Positions 7,271 through 16,900 of a stretch of DNA of 54,242 nucleotides are shown here, piece by piece (positions within the stretch are counted from its first letter, which is position 1; each line of letters starts with the position of its first letter). The notes beneath the pieces were generated by a model, which was not told the origin of the DNA, made no database searches, and saw nothing but the letters and a program-made list of their open reading frames with translations. Both the position numbers and the translations under genes were made by a program. The stretch covers positions 1-54,242 of IMG/VR virus record IMGVR_UViG_3300045837_000080; one strand, given 5' to 3'. This DNA is from a virus (Duplodnaviria; Caudoviricetes).

Positions 7271-10200
7271 TCAGCTCCACCACGAGGAAGGTTCGAAGTC
7301 ACAGGTGAGTACTACTTCCGCGATCTGGTCCGCCTGATCGCCGGTATCGGTGCGCCCGCCCCCGGAGATCCGGCGGGTCAGCTCGGTGACGCGGTAGGTG
7401 CTCACGTTCCCGCCCCCCCCGACCTGCCAGTCTTCCACGGTCACGATATCCCCGATGTTGACCCCGACGACGAATCCGAACGCGGGAGGGTAAGCCGCCG
7501 CGTCCACTTTCAGGTTCTCGATGCGCCGCTGCGGCTGCCCGAAATTACTGAACAGCCAGTTCGCCTGGGACTGCATCTCGGAGGTGGACTGGAGCCAGGA
7601 GGTGATCTGCAGCGGCTGCGCCCCGTGCCGGATCTGGCTCCTGTTCACCGCCGTGGCATTCTGCGGGGTGATCAGCGGCAGCTGCGCGCCGGTCGGGCTC
7701 ACCGGGGAGATGGTGATCACGTTGAACACCCGGTGCGGGTCGGTGATCCACTGGATCTCCTGGTAATAGGGGATCTTCCCGGCTGAGGGACCCAGCTGCC
7801 ATACCGGAGAGGAATACTGGCTGGCGAGATGGGTCTTCATCCAGTATGTCAGGTGATTGAGGTTGTCCACGTAGAGCAGCCCGGAATCGGACTGCGCCAT
7901 CGCCTGGATGGAGACGCTCACCTGCTGCCCGCCGCCTGCTGCTCCCGGAGCCTGGACGAGCAGCGGGGACTGGTCGATGCACCGGTTGGGGGACGCGCAG
8001 CGCCCTGCCCGCATCAGCCGCTCGATCCGCTCCCCGACCGAGTCGCCGATCGCCGTCGGGGACGCAGGATACGCCGAGCCGTCACCGCTCGCGGTATGGC
8101 ACACCCCGATCCCTGTTGCCGAGCCCCCGTACCCGCTGGAATAGGAGTCCCCGCTGCCGCACACCGTGGAGGCATTCAGGTCCGAGCCCACCTGGGAGGC
8201 GGTATAGATCCCGAACGAGGGAGCGAGCCCGAGGAAGCTGACGAACAGGTTCTCGGTGAACACGCTGGTCGAGGGGATATCCACCTGCGCGGACCCTGCC
8301 ACCCATGCCGACGGACCCGAGGTGATCCCGCCCGGGGCTTTCGCCACGACGATCGCCGAGGCTCCCACCCCGTTGATCGCCCCGAAGTTCGCCCCCGAGG
8401 TCCCGTCCGGAGCATACGCGGTCGAGGTGCCCCCCGATCCCGCGCTGGGGAACACCGGGGGCGTCCAGGTGATGGTCACCCCGGTCGGCGCCGGCAACTG
8501 CCCGAACGCAGTGATCGCCGCGAAATAATGATCCATGATCCGGTAGTAGGGCAGCGCGTACGGGTAGACGGCGAGGTGGCTGACCGAGACGTTGCCCCCG
8601 TGGGCGATGCCGCCCGTGCTCCCGCCGCCGCCGGAGCCCATGTCCGCGTTGGCGATCAGGTACGTCCATGCCGAGGTCATGCCCGTGGCGGTGCCCGACA
8701 CCTGGGCGGTCGCCCCCCCGTTCACGTACACGGTCCAGGCGGTCGTGGTCAGTGTCATGCTCACCATGAACCAGTTGTTCGAGCGAAGGTCCGACCCGCT
8801 GTAGATAACGTTACTGGTTCCCGTGCCCCCGTTGTAGGTGATCAGGTTCAGGTGCCCGGAATTGTCCAGCTGCAGGACTGCCACGGGCGCGGAATCGGTC
8901 GCCAGTTCGAGGACGGTCAGCGGGCACAGCGGCTGCTGCTGCACCGGGGCGGGAGCCCCGCCGCTCGGGGTGAGCGCCGTCCCGGACAGCCGGAACGGGT
9001 AATTGAACCAGCCTTCCACGGTGATCCCCCCGCTCAGCGGCGGGAAGCCCGTGTCACGGCAGGACAGGAACCACCCGTAGCTGCCCGTGGAACCCACCTG
9101 CCCGGAGGACTGCCAGGCTGCCGAGCCCGGAGTGGCGGTCACCGGGTTCCCGGATTCCAGGGCGGCAGGGCTGGTCTGCGGATCGCCGAACATCCACCCG
9201 GCAAGCGCCCCGGCAGTGTAGATCGCCATCGACGGCGGGATGAACTGGCTGCCCGACGCCCCGTTGGCATTGAGCACCGCCTGCGCCGCGCCGCCGTTCG
9301 GCGACAGCACGACACTGAGGGTGTTCACGTTCCCGATCGCGGCGTTGGCGAGCTGGGTGGGCAGCACGCCGGAGGTGCCCGGCTGGTCATCGCAGGGGAA
9401 CCAGGCGTACGGGGCGTCCTCGTACACCTCGCTGCGGTAGAACGTCGGGGGGGTGGAGGACAGCGCCGCCCACAGGTCGGTCCCGCTGACCGGGCAGTAC
9501 CGGCGGCGCACCTCGGTCAGCTGCTCGCCCCACTGGGTGGCGTTGCGCTGGATCACGTACCAGCGGTTGTAGGCGACCCCGCCGACCGTGCCCAGGGCGA
9601 ACCGGATGCGCACGGGCGTCCCCGAGGTGACCCTGCCCGTGGACACTACCGAAGACCCGGCGGTGAACGCCGCTTCCGCGACGTAGAAAGGCGCGGCGGA
9701 CGGCGTCCCGGACAACTGCAGGATCAGCGCGGTCTTGCCCGCGTTCGACGGGGACGTTCCCGTGACGCTCACCTGCGTCCACGTCCCGGCGGTCAGGGCG
9801 ACCGCAGAGCTGGTGGAGAAGGAGATGAACGCGCCGCCGGAGGTGTACCAGGCGAACGCCACCTGTGCCCCCGTGGCGTACCCGCCGGGAGAATAGAACC
9901 ACGCGGAGGCTGTGTAGGCGGTGCTCCCCGAGATGGTCACCTGCTCGGAGATCGCGCCGGGGAACGCGGTCACCCCGTCGGGGGTGACCTGCATGCTGTA
10001 CTTCGCCACGCCCGGGGGGGCGGAGGCGAACGCGAACGCCGTGGACTGGGCGATCGCCGCATTCCCGTTGCCCGCCCATGGGCTCGTCCCGGACTGGAAG
10101 CTCATGTTCGCGTTCAGGGCGTTCGAGTAATACGGTGACCCTACGTTGCTGGGCGATAGCGCCCCGTCATTGTTGTCCATCTCCATTTCCAGCTGCGTGG

Positions 10201-11935
10201 ACTGGAGTTCGCCCAGCTGGAACTGGATGCCGGTCGTCTCGTTCCAGTGCCACAGCCGGGCGGAGATGTCCGTCCAGGTAATCTCCGAGTCCGGGGTATT
10301 ATACCCTGCGCCGAACCCCGCCTCGCATATCACGTACGGCCAGTTCGGATTGCTGCCTGCCGGCACCGGGCTCTGCCCGGATGTGTAGACGGCGAGGGCG
10401 AACCCGGAGAGGTTTTCCGCCGAGCTGGCTGTCCCGGTCACCGACTGGGACGAAGAGGAGCTGGGCAGGAACGCCGAGGTGAGGATGTTATCGGCAAGAT
10501 GGTTGGACCCGTTGGTCTGGGTCTGGGTCGCCAGGGTGGTCCACCCCCCCGGCGCGAACACCTGCCCGGCGGCGGTGTTGTCCCCGCCGATCCCGGCGAG
10601 GAAGAACGAGGCTTGCGCGGGGGCTCCGATACTGAGCCCCAGCGAGGTGGCGCCTGCCGAGTAGTTCAGCCCGGTGCCCGCGACCGTGTCCCACGGGTTG
10701 AGCCCCGCCACCTCGATGACCAGCACGTTGATCGCGGCGATCTCCATGTCCGGGGCGACGTAAACGCTGGACACGCTGCGGGCGATGTTCGGGGTGTAGG
10801 AGATCGAGGTCCGGGTCAGCCCCCCCGAGCCCGCAGCCGGGAACTCCCGCCACCAGGAGTGGATGTCATCGCCCACCCCGACATGCACGTTGGAGATCAG
10901 CGGGTTCTGCGTCCAGCTGACGATGGTGAACAGCCAGTTGCCCGCCGTGGGCACCCCGGACCCGGGACCGACCGAGTTCATCGGGCTGAGCCCCACGACG
11001 ACCGACTGCAGGGCGGAGGTGATCGAGGTGAACGTGGTGCCCTGCCCGTACCCGTCCGCCCACTGGTTGACCACCGAGGGCGCGGGCACCCCGCCGAACG
11101 CGGACAGCGTGCCCGTCCCGGACAGGGCGGTCGTCCCGGTGATCGTCTGCACCTGGTTGCCCGGGGGGGCAGGGTGCCGCCAGCGGGCGAACCGGCGCAG
11201 CCAGGTCTGCCCGGGACTGATCGTCCCGGTGATCGGGGTGCCCGGGTTGGCTGCTGTCCCGGTGGCGGTGAGCGTGCCGACGCCGCCGAGAGCGGCAGTG
11301 CCTGCCGTGGTCGCGGTGTAGGTGATCGAGATCTGCCCCGCCGCGCCCGAGCCGCCGCCGTTCCCGAACGAGGAGGTGGAGCCGCCGCCGCCGCCCGCCC
11401 CGCCCGGGGCGTTGCCGTTGGACCCGGTCCCGTTGGAGCCGCCGTTCCCGCCGGATGCCCCCCCGCCGGAGCCTGCGGACCCCCCGAGCGTCCCGGAGGC
11501 GTTGCCGCCGTTGCCGCCCGAGCCTGCGGACCCCCCGCCGCCGCCTCCGGGCTGACCCCCGGTCCCGCTCTGCCCGCCCGCGCCCGCGCCGCCCGCTTTC
11601 GCGATCGTGTTCGACCCTGCCGCGCCCCCGCTGGCGCCCAGCTGGTTCTGGGTGCCCCCGTTGTTGCCCCCGGCGTTGGCGGTAACCGTGACCGAGTTCC
11701 CGGCGAAAGAGGTGTTCGTCCCGGTGCCGCCGCTGCCGATGGTGAAGGAGTAAACGGTGTTAACCGTCAGGGCAAGCGCGGGCTCCTCGGCGTAAGCGCC
11801 TCCTCCGCCGCCGCCGCCTGCGTGGTGGTTGGCGAACCCGTTGGCTCCGCTGCCGCCCTCGCCCCATGCCTGCAGGTCGACGCTGGCGGCTGCCGCCTGC
11901 CAGGAGCCGCTGCTCGAAAACGTGACGGTAGTCAA
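7271..11935 (-). CDS. large tail/adhesin protein (Gly-rich N-terminus, CBM-like and LamG-like domains)
   Basis: 1554 aa; GGGGGG repeats, carbohydrate-binding-module-like and concanavalin-like segments; downstream of the tape measure. Confidence 0.8.
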   Translation of the reverse strand: MTTVTFSSSGSWQAAAASVDLQAWGEGGSGANGFANHHAGGGGGGGAYAEEPALALTVNTVYSFTIGSGGTGTNTSFAGNSVTVTANAGGNNGGTQNQLGASGGAAGSNTIAKAGGAGAGGQSGTGGQPGGGGGGSAGSGGNGGNASGTLGGSAGSGGGASGGNGGSNGTGSNGNAPGGAGGGGGSTSSFGNGGGSGAAGQISITYTATTAGTAALGGVGTLTATGTAANPGTPITGTISPGQTWLRRFARWRHPAPPGNQVQTITGTTALSGTGTLSAFGGVPAPSVVNQWADGYGQGTTFTSITSALQSVVVGLSPMNSVGPGSGVPTAGNWLFTIVSWTQNPLISNVHVGVGDDIHSWWREFPAAGSGGLTRTSISYTPNIARSVSSVYVAPDMEIAAINVLVIEVAGLNPWDTVAGTGLNYSAGATSLGLSIGAPAQASFFLAGIGGDNTAAGQVFAPGGWTTLATQTQTNGSNHLADNILTSAFLPSSSSSQSVTGTASSAENLSGFALAVYTSGQSPVPAGSNPNWPYVICEAGFGAGYNTPDSEITWTDISARLWHWNETTGIQFQLGELQSTQLEMEMDNNDGALSPSNVGSPYYSNALNANMSFQSGTSPWAGNGNAAIAQSTAFAFASAPPGVAKYSMQVTPDGVTAFPGAISEQVTISGSTAYTASAWFYSPGGYATGAQVAFAWYTSGGAFISFSTSSAVALTAGTWTQVSVTGTSPSNAGKTALILQLSGTPSAAPFYVAEAAFTAGSSVVSTGRVTSGTPVRIRFALGTVGGVAYNRWYVIQRNATQWGEQLTEVRRRYCPVSGTDLWAALSSTPPTFYRSEVYEDAPYAWFPCDDQPGTSGVLPTQLANAAIGNVNTLSVVLSPNGGAAQAVLNANGASGSQFIPPSMAIYTAGALAGWMFGDPQTSPAALESGNPVTATPGSAAWQSSGQVGSTGSYGWFLSCRDTGFPPLSGGITVEGWFNYPFRLSGTALTPSGGAPAPVQQQPLCPLTVLELATDSAPVAVLQLDNSGHLNLITYNGGTGTSNVIYSGSDLRSNNWFMVSMTLTTTAWTVYVNGGATAQVSGTATGMTSAWTYLIANADMGSGGGGSTGGIAHGGNVSVSHLAVYPYALPYYRIMDHYFAAITAFGQLPAPTGVTITWTPPVFPSAGSGGTSTAYAPDGTSGANFGAINGVGASAIVVAKAPGGITSGPSAWVAGSAQVDIPSTSVFTENLFVSFLGLAPSFGIYTASQVGSDLNASTVCGSGDSYSSGYGGSATGIGVCHTASGDGSAYPASPTAIGDSVGERIERLMRAGRCASPNRCIDQSPLLVQAPGAAGGGQQVSVSIQAMAQSDSGLLYVDNLNHLTYWMKTHLASQYSSPVWQLGPSAGKIPYYQEIQWITDPHRVFNVITISPVSPTGAQLPLITPQNATAVNRSQIRHGAQPLQITSWLQSTSEMQSQANWLFSNFGQPQRRIENLKVDAAAYPPAFGFVVGVNIGDIVTVEDWQVGGGGNVSTYRVTELTRRISGGGRTDTGDQADQIAEVVLTCDFEPSSWWS

Positions 11936-11948
11936 CGGAGGGTAATCC

Positions 11949-12344
11949 TTAGACGAGGCTGACGGTGATGCCCGCTGCCGCGATCTGGAAGGTGTTCCCG
12001 TTGTTGACGGTCACCGGCTGCCCGGTCCACGTCCCGAACAGGTGCCGCAGCGGCGTGCCCGCCGTGTCCCAGATCTCCAGCCCCACCAGGGACCATGCTG
12101 TCCCGGAGTTCGTCCACGACACCACGTTCGAATTCGACGTGGACGCGGAGGAGACTGCGTTCCAGGTGATCGAGGAACCTCCGGTGGTGTATCCGGTGCC
12201 GCCGCCGAGTTCCGTCATGGCGACCGTCGCCGTGGGGGTGTTGGTGCCGAGGCGGATCTTGGTCGCCGCGACGGTCGAGTACGCTGTGTTATTCAAAATA
12301 GCGGCGAGAAGAGCCGTCGCGTCCGCCTGATCAAAGCAAGCCGC
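11949..12344 (-). CDS. minor tail/fibre-associated protein
   Basis: TELGGGTGYTTGG..ITW..GLEIWD..VTVNNGNTFQI pattern; frame is open upstream of TTG 12296; start ambiguous. Confidence 0.7.
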   Translation of the reverse strand, partial: AACFDQADATALLAAILNNTAYSTVAATKIRLGTNTPTATVAMTELGGGTGYTTGGSSITWNAVSSASTSNSNVVSWTNSGTAWSLVGLEIWDTAGTPLRHLFGTWTGQPVTVNNGNTFQIAAAGITVSLV

Positions 12345-12352
12345 ACGATCAC

Positions 12353-13042
12353 CTATTCTTTGAATCGTTGAAGATATTCAATAAGCCCCGCAAGTTTCCC
12401 GGGGTTGTCATCTACATGCCCTAGTGCTATGTTGCATCCTGGGCAGAGAAGTGCCCTGATCTTCCCGGACTTGTGGCAATGATCGGCATGGAGCGCCTTC
12501 CGGTAATCAGGCGGATCGAGCGGGTACCAGCTCCTGCATCCCGGGTTTGCGCATCTGCCTTCCTGTCGTGCCCACATCGCGTCGTATTCTTCAGGAGTGG
12601 TCCCGCGCTTTTTCAGGTTCGCGCGGCGCTGAAGGTATCTCGCACGCTCCGGGTTATTCCTGAGCCAGTTATTCCCGCTGTTGGCATCGGGGTGTGCCTT
12701 AATCCAGGCAGCGACGTAGCAGGAATGGCACAAGCCGTTACCGCCGTATCTGCGTCCTTCGTGACCGCAGATGAGGACGCCACTCGTATTGCGTGATGCA
12801 ATAGGGGGAGCCATCTCTTCTTCGGTTGCGCCCTTGGTGAAGCGCTCATAGTGGGGCTTGCAGTATCCCTTGGCGAAATGCCTGCGGCTACAGTTCTCCT
12901 GAGAGCAGTCTGGGCGGACATGGATCGGTTTTGCCATCTCCTCCGGGGTGGCTCCCCGCCTCATCCGAGCATAGTGGGCAGCGCAGTACCCTTTGGCGTC
13001 TACTGACCGGTCACAAGCATCTTGCGAACATGTATTCGGCAT
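12353..13042 (-). CDS. endonuclease VII-family homing endonuclease
   Basis: Two C-x4-C...KGYC..HY repeats; QEGRCANPGC, HADHCH..GKIRALLCPGCN. Confidence 0.9.
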   Translation of the reverse strand: MPNTCSQDACDRSVDAKGYCAAHYARMRRGATPEEMAKPIHVRPDCSQENCSRRHFAKGYCKPHYERFTKGATEEEMAPPIASRNTSGVLICGHEGRRYGGNGLCHSCYVAAWIKAHPDANSGNNWLRNNPERARYLQRRANLKKRGTTPEEYDAMWARQEGRCANPGCRSWYPLDPPDYRKALHADHCHKSGKIRALLCPGCNIALGHVDDNPGKLAGLIEYLQRFKE

Positions 13043-13689
13043 GAATTCATGATAACAAGATCACGCTGGACTAGCCAGTAATTCACCCGTAAATTGAGCC
13101 CATACACAATAAGTTGCCCGAGCGTGGCTGTATTCGAGGCGCTGCTCGTGGAGAACGTCACGGTCAGGTACAGCCACTGGTTGACCGAGAAGTCGATCGT
13201 CTGCAAGGCAGTGGGTCCGCCGAGGGTTTGCCCGCTAGATGCTGCAGGCTGCGTGGTAGAGCCATTGTTGAACCTGATGTCAATTGTCGAGGACAGGTTC
13301 GTGGACACCGAGGAAGTCCCGTAGCCCGCGCCGAAACAGGAGATGAGCAGCTCCCCGTGGAAGATGGAGCTGGCGAAGTTGGTCACCGTGACCGCATTGG
13401 CGGCAACCAGGGTGGAACCCGCCACGTTGTTCGGGGCGGTGTTCAGCCCGGCGGTGATGATCGCGGTGGTCGCCGACGCCTGTCCGCCGATGGTGATCGT
13501 GAACTCGGCTTTCGCTACCTGCCCCGTTCTTCCCTGCTGGAAGAACCCGCCCTGGAAGTAGGGCTGCTGGAATTTCCCGGAAGCCCCGGTGACCAGCGAC
13601 TGGGCGGACGTGGATGCCGCATTAGCCGTCGGGTAGGCGAACCCGTTGGCGAAGACGATCTCCGCCTGGGTGCCCTGGGTAAACGACAT
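13000..13689 (-). CDS. virion structural protein (Thr/Ser-rich beta protein)
   Basis: ATG coupled to the upstream stop; similar to 45262-45843; TTA codon after ...YGLN. Confidence 0.7.
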   Translation of the reverse strand: MSFTQGTQAEIVFANGFAYPTANAASTSAQSLVTGASGKFQQPYFQGGFFQQGRTGQVAKAEFTITIGGQASATTAIITAGLNTAPNNVAGSTLVAANAVTVTNFASSIFHGELLISCFGAGYGTSSVSTNLSSTIDIRFNNGSTTQPAASSGQTLGGPTALQTIDFSVNQWLYLTVTFSTSSASNTATLGQLIVYGLNLRVNYWLVQRDLVIMNSCRIHVRKMLVTGQ

Positions 13690-13874
13690 TACGCCGCCTC
13701 TCCGGAAAGGTGCGCGAACGCGGTGATCGTCACCGTGCGGTCGCAATCGGAATGGTCATGGTCCAGCGGGCAGCAGTCGCATCTGACCGCCTGGTCCAGG
13801 CGGCTGCCGTCATGGGTTTCCGCGCTCTTCCCGCAGGAATCGCAGCGGACGTGGAATGGCATGCGCTCAGGCAT
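13689..13874 (-). CDS. small Cys/His-rich protein
   Basis: GGAG RBS; CDSC..CDCC..H.H..C. Confidence 0.6.
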   Translation of the reverse strand: MPERMPFHVRCDSCGKSAETHDGSRLDQAVRCDCCPLDHDHSDCDRTVTITAFAHLSGEAA

Positions 13875-13900
13875 GGTAAAATCTCCCTAGAAAACGGGCG

Positions 13901-16900
13901 TCAGACCCCGCCGCCCTTGAGCTTCAGACCCGGCTTCCCGTCCCGCTTCGCCTTCTGGAGCAGCTTCTTCTGGATTTCCTGCACCAGCTGGTTGAGCTGC
14001 TGGGCGCTCAGCGAGGACAGGTCGCCCCCGCCTTTCATGCTGATGCTGATCGAGACGTTGTTGTTGATGAACGTCCCGCTCTTCAGGTTCGGGGCAAGGG
14101 TCCCGCCAAAGATGGCGCTCGCCCCCACCGCCCCCAGCTTGTTCGCGGCGGTGTTGATCTGCTTCCACAGGTTGTTGACCGCGCCCACCCCGCCGGGACC
14201 GCCCAGGATGGAGCTGGCGAGCAGGTGCCCCTGCCCGGGACCCGCCGCCAGCACCTGCTGGAGCACGTCCTTGTTCAGGTGCGCCTTGGACAGGTGGGTG
14301 ACATCGGCGCTGAACGTCTTGATCGAGTCCAGGTAGGACTTCATCTGCTGCTGCACCGACTGCGGCTGGGCGGCGGGAGGTCCGCTCAGCGCCGCGTTCG
14401 CCACCGCCGCGTTCCACGCCGCCAGGCTGAAGCCCCGTTGTCCCGGAGCCACGGCGCCCTGCCCGGTGCCGGCTGCCGTGGGGTCCGGGAGCTGCATCCC
14501 GCCCAGGTTCAGCCCCTGCACCGTCTGCTGGGAGAGGTTCTTGGCGAACGCGATCTCCTGCTGGATGTGGCTGACCATCTGCTGGGCGACCTTCGTCATC
14601 GCCGCCGCCGTGTCCTTCAGGTTCGCGGGCAGCTTGCCCACGACGGAGACGGTGACATCCTTCAGCGAGCCCGCCGCGCCCGCCGCGTGGTTCTTCAGCC
14701 GGTCCAGCGCTGCGTACAGCGGGTCCAGGGTGTTCTTCCAGAACGCGCTGATCTGCGCCGAGACGTTCATCCCGGCGTTCTTCTCCGCGTACAGCCGGTC
14801 CAGCAGCTTCCACGCCGCGCTGATCTCCGCCTTCAGCTCCGGGATCGTCGTGCCTGACGGCACGACCCCTCCGGCGGCGAAATGCGATGCCGAGGACTGG
14901 GGCATGCCGCCGAACCCGGGGATGTGGTGCGCGTTCAGGAACCCGGTGAGCTGCGGCACCAGGTACCGGGGGATGACCACCTCGCCCGGCTCCAGCATCG
15001 CCGGGACAATGTCCCCGATACCGGAGCCCGGCACCAGACCCCCGGTCTGCATGCCAGGTCCGGTGTGCCCGCCGAGGGCTGCCACCGTCCCCGACGAGCT
15101 GATCAGCCGGGACAGCCCCGGTGACCCGACCACCACGTAGTCCACGGTGACCGTCACCGTCTTGCCCTGCACCGAGTTGATCGCCGCCTTGACCGCGCCC
15201 ACTCCCTGCTGGACTGCCTTGACCACCACGGTCTTGCCCTGGATGGAATTGATCGCCGCCTTGGCGCCGGTCACCTGGGCGTCCACCTGGATCATGATCT
15301 TCTTCTGCATCCCGGCGGACACCCCGGCTGCCTGCAGGGCGTGCTGGATAATCGGTCCGATCGCCTGGGCGGTCACCCCCGCCTGCTTCATGGCACCCAC
15401 TACGCCCTGGATGCCCGAGGTGTCCACCTTGCCTTTCCCGGCGGCGCCCAGCACGCTGCTCATCGCTGAGGAGGCTTTCGAGATCTGGTCGGAGAAGATG
15501 GTGGCGTTGAACCCCATGGCGAACTGCTGGGCGATCTGCGGCAGCCGGGACAGGTTGACGGTCATCGTGTCCGTCGTCCTGTTCGCCTGCTTAGCGTTGT
15601 CGGCGATCTTCGCCGTCGCCTGGACGGCGGCTTGGTAGTTGGCAGCCTGGGACTTGCCCGGGTCGTAGTACGGGGTGACCCCCATCTGCGCGCCCTGCTG
15701 CATGATCGACGCCAGGGCTCCGGCTGACTGCTTGCCCAGCGGGAGCAGCTGCTGGATCTGGAAGCCCGCCAGCCCGGCTGCCTGCGGCTGGGTGAGCGCG
15801 CCCAGGGTGAGCGCGGTGCGCAGCTGGTCCAGGTTGGCTTGCTCGGAGGCGATCAGCCCCTGCGGTCCGGCGAACGTCCGCCACGCCGCCGCGCCGCCGG
15901 CGGAAGTGTAGGAGGTGAGCGCCTGCGCCATCTTCGCGAACGCCGGGGGAGCCTGGAGCTGCAATCCCGCGCGGGTCGGCTTAGTAGTCACCGGGGTGCC
16001 CCCGAGCATCGCGAACAGGTTCGCCATTCCCGACGGACCCCCGGTCATGATCGAGGTCATCGAGTCCATCGCCTTGTTGACATCGCCCAGGTTCTGCATG
16101 GCATGGGAGGACATGATGTTCTGCGCGGCGATCGCAGAGTTGAACGCGCCCGCGTTGCGGGTCATCGGACCGATCGCCGCCACGTAGTCGCCCAGCTGGG
16201 TGATCGCCTGCTGGGTCAGCTGCCCGTGCTTGTTGAATCCGTGCGTCAGGTCGAGCAGGGCGTTCTGCGCGATCTGGAAGACCTCCGACATGGACGCGCC
16301 CTGGATGCCCGCCTTGGCGAGCACGGATGCCAGCTGGGGTCCGGCGCGCATCAGGTTGCCCATCGTCGCGTCGAAACCCATCGCCGCCTGCGCCCAGTGG
16401 GACCGGGCGACCGTGGCAGCCATCGCCGGGGTTGTCATCCCGATGCCGCCGCCGCGCGCCGCCGCGATCTGCACGACCTGGAGACCTTCCGGGCTGAGCA
16501 CTGGTCCCGGAGCTGCGCCCGCTCCCGGGGCTGACAGCATGGTCGCCTTGGTGACCGCATGCCCGAGCGCCTGCCAGGTGGACACCGGGGCTCCCCCCGG
16601 ACCCGCGCCCGCGACGAATCCCATCTGCCCGATCTGCGCCTGCAAGGCGGCGATCGCCCGCTGATCAGGGGTTTTCGCGGTCATGATCTTGCCCGCGCCG
16701 AACGCCAGGATCGCCGCCGCCGCCACTTCCGGACCGGACAGCCCCCCGAGGATATCCGCGATGCTCAGCGCGCCGCGCCCGGCGGTCAGCAGCCCTTCCG
16801 CGCCCGTCCGCAAGCCCAGGTCGGCAAGCCTGCCGCCGATCCCGCCGATGCCTCGCCCGACCAGCCCGACCAGCGGGGTGCCCACTCGCATGCCCGCCTC

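Noticed and set aside
12345-13095. Group I intron around the EndoVII gene (same idea considered for the LAGLIDADG gene)
   Set aside because: The ORF fills nearly the whole insert, leaving no room for a ribozyme core, and splicing would not restore a frame
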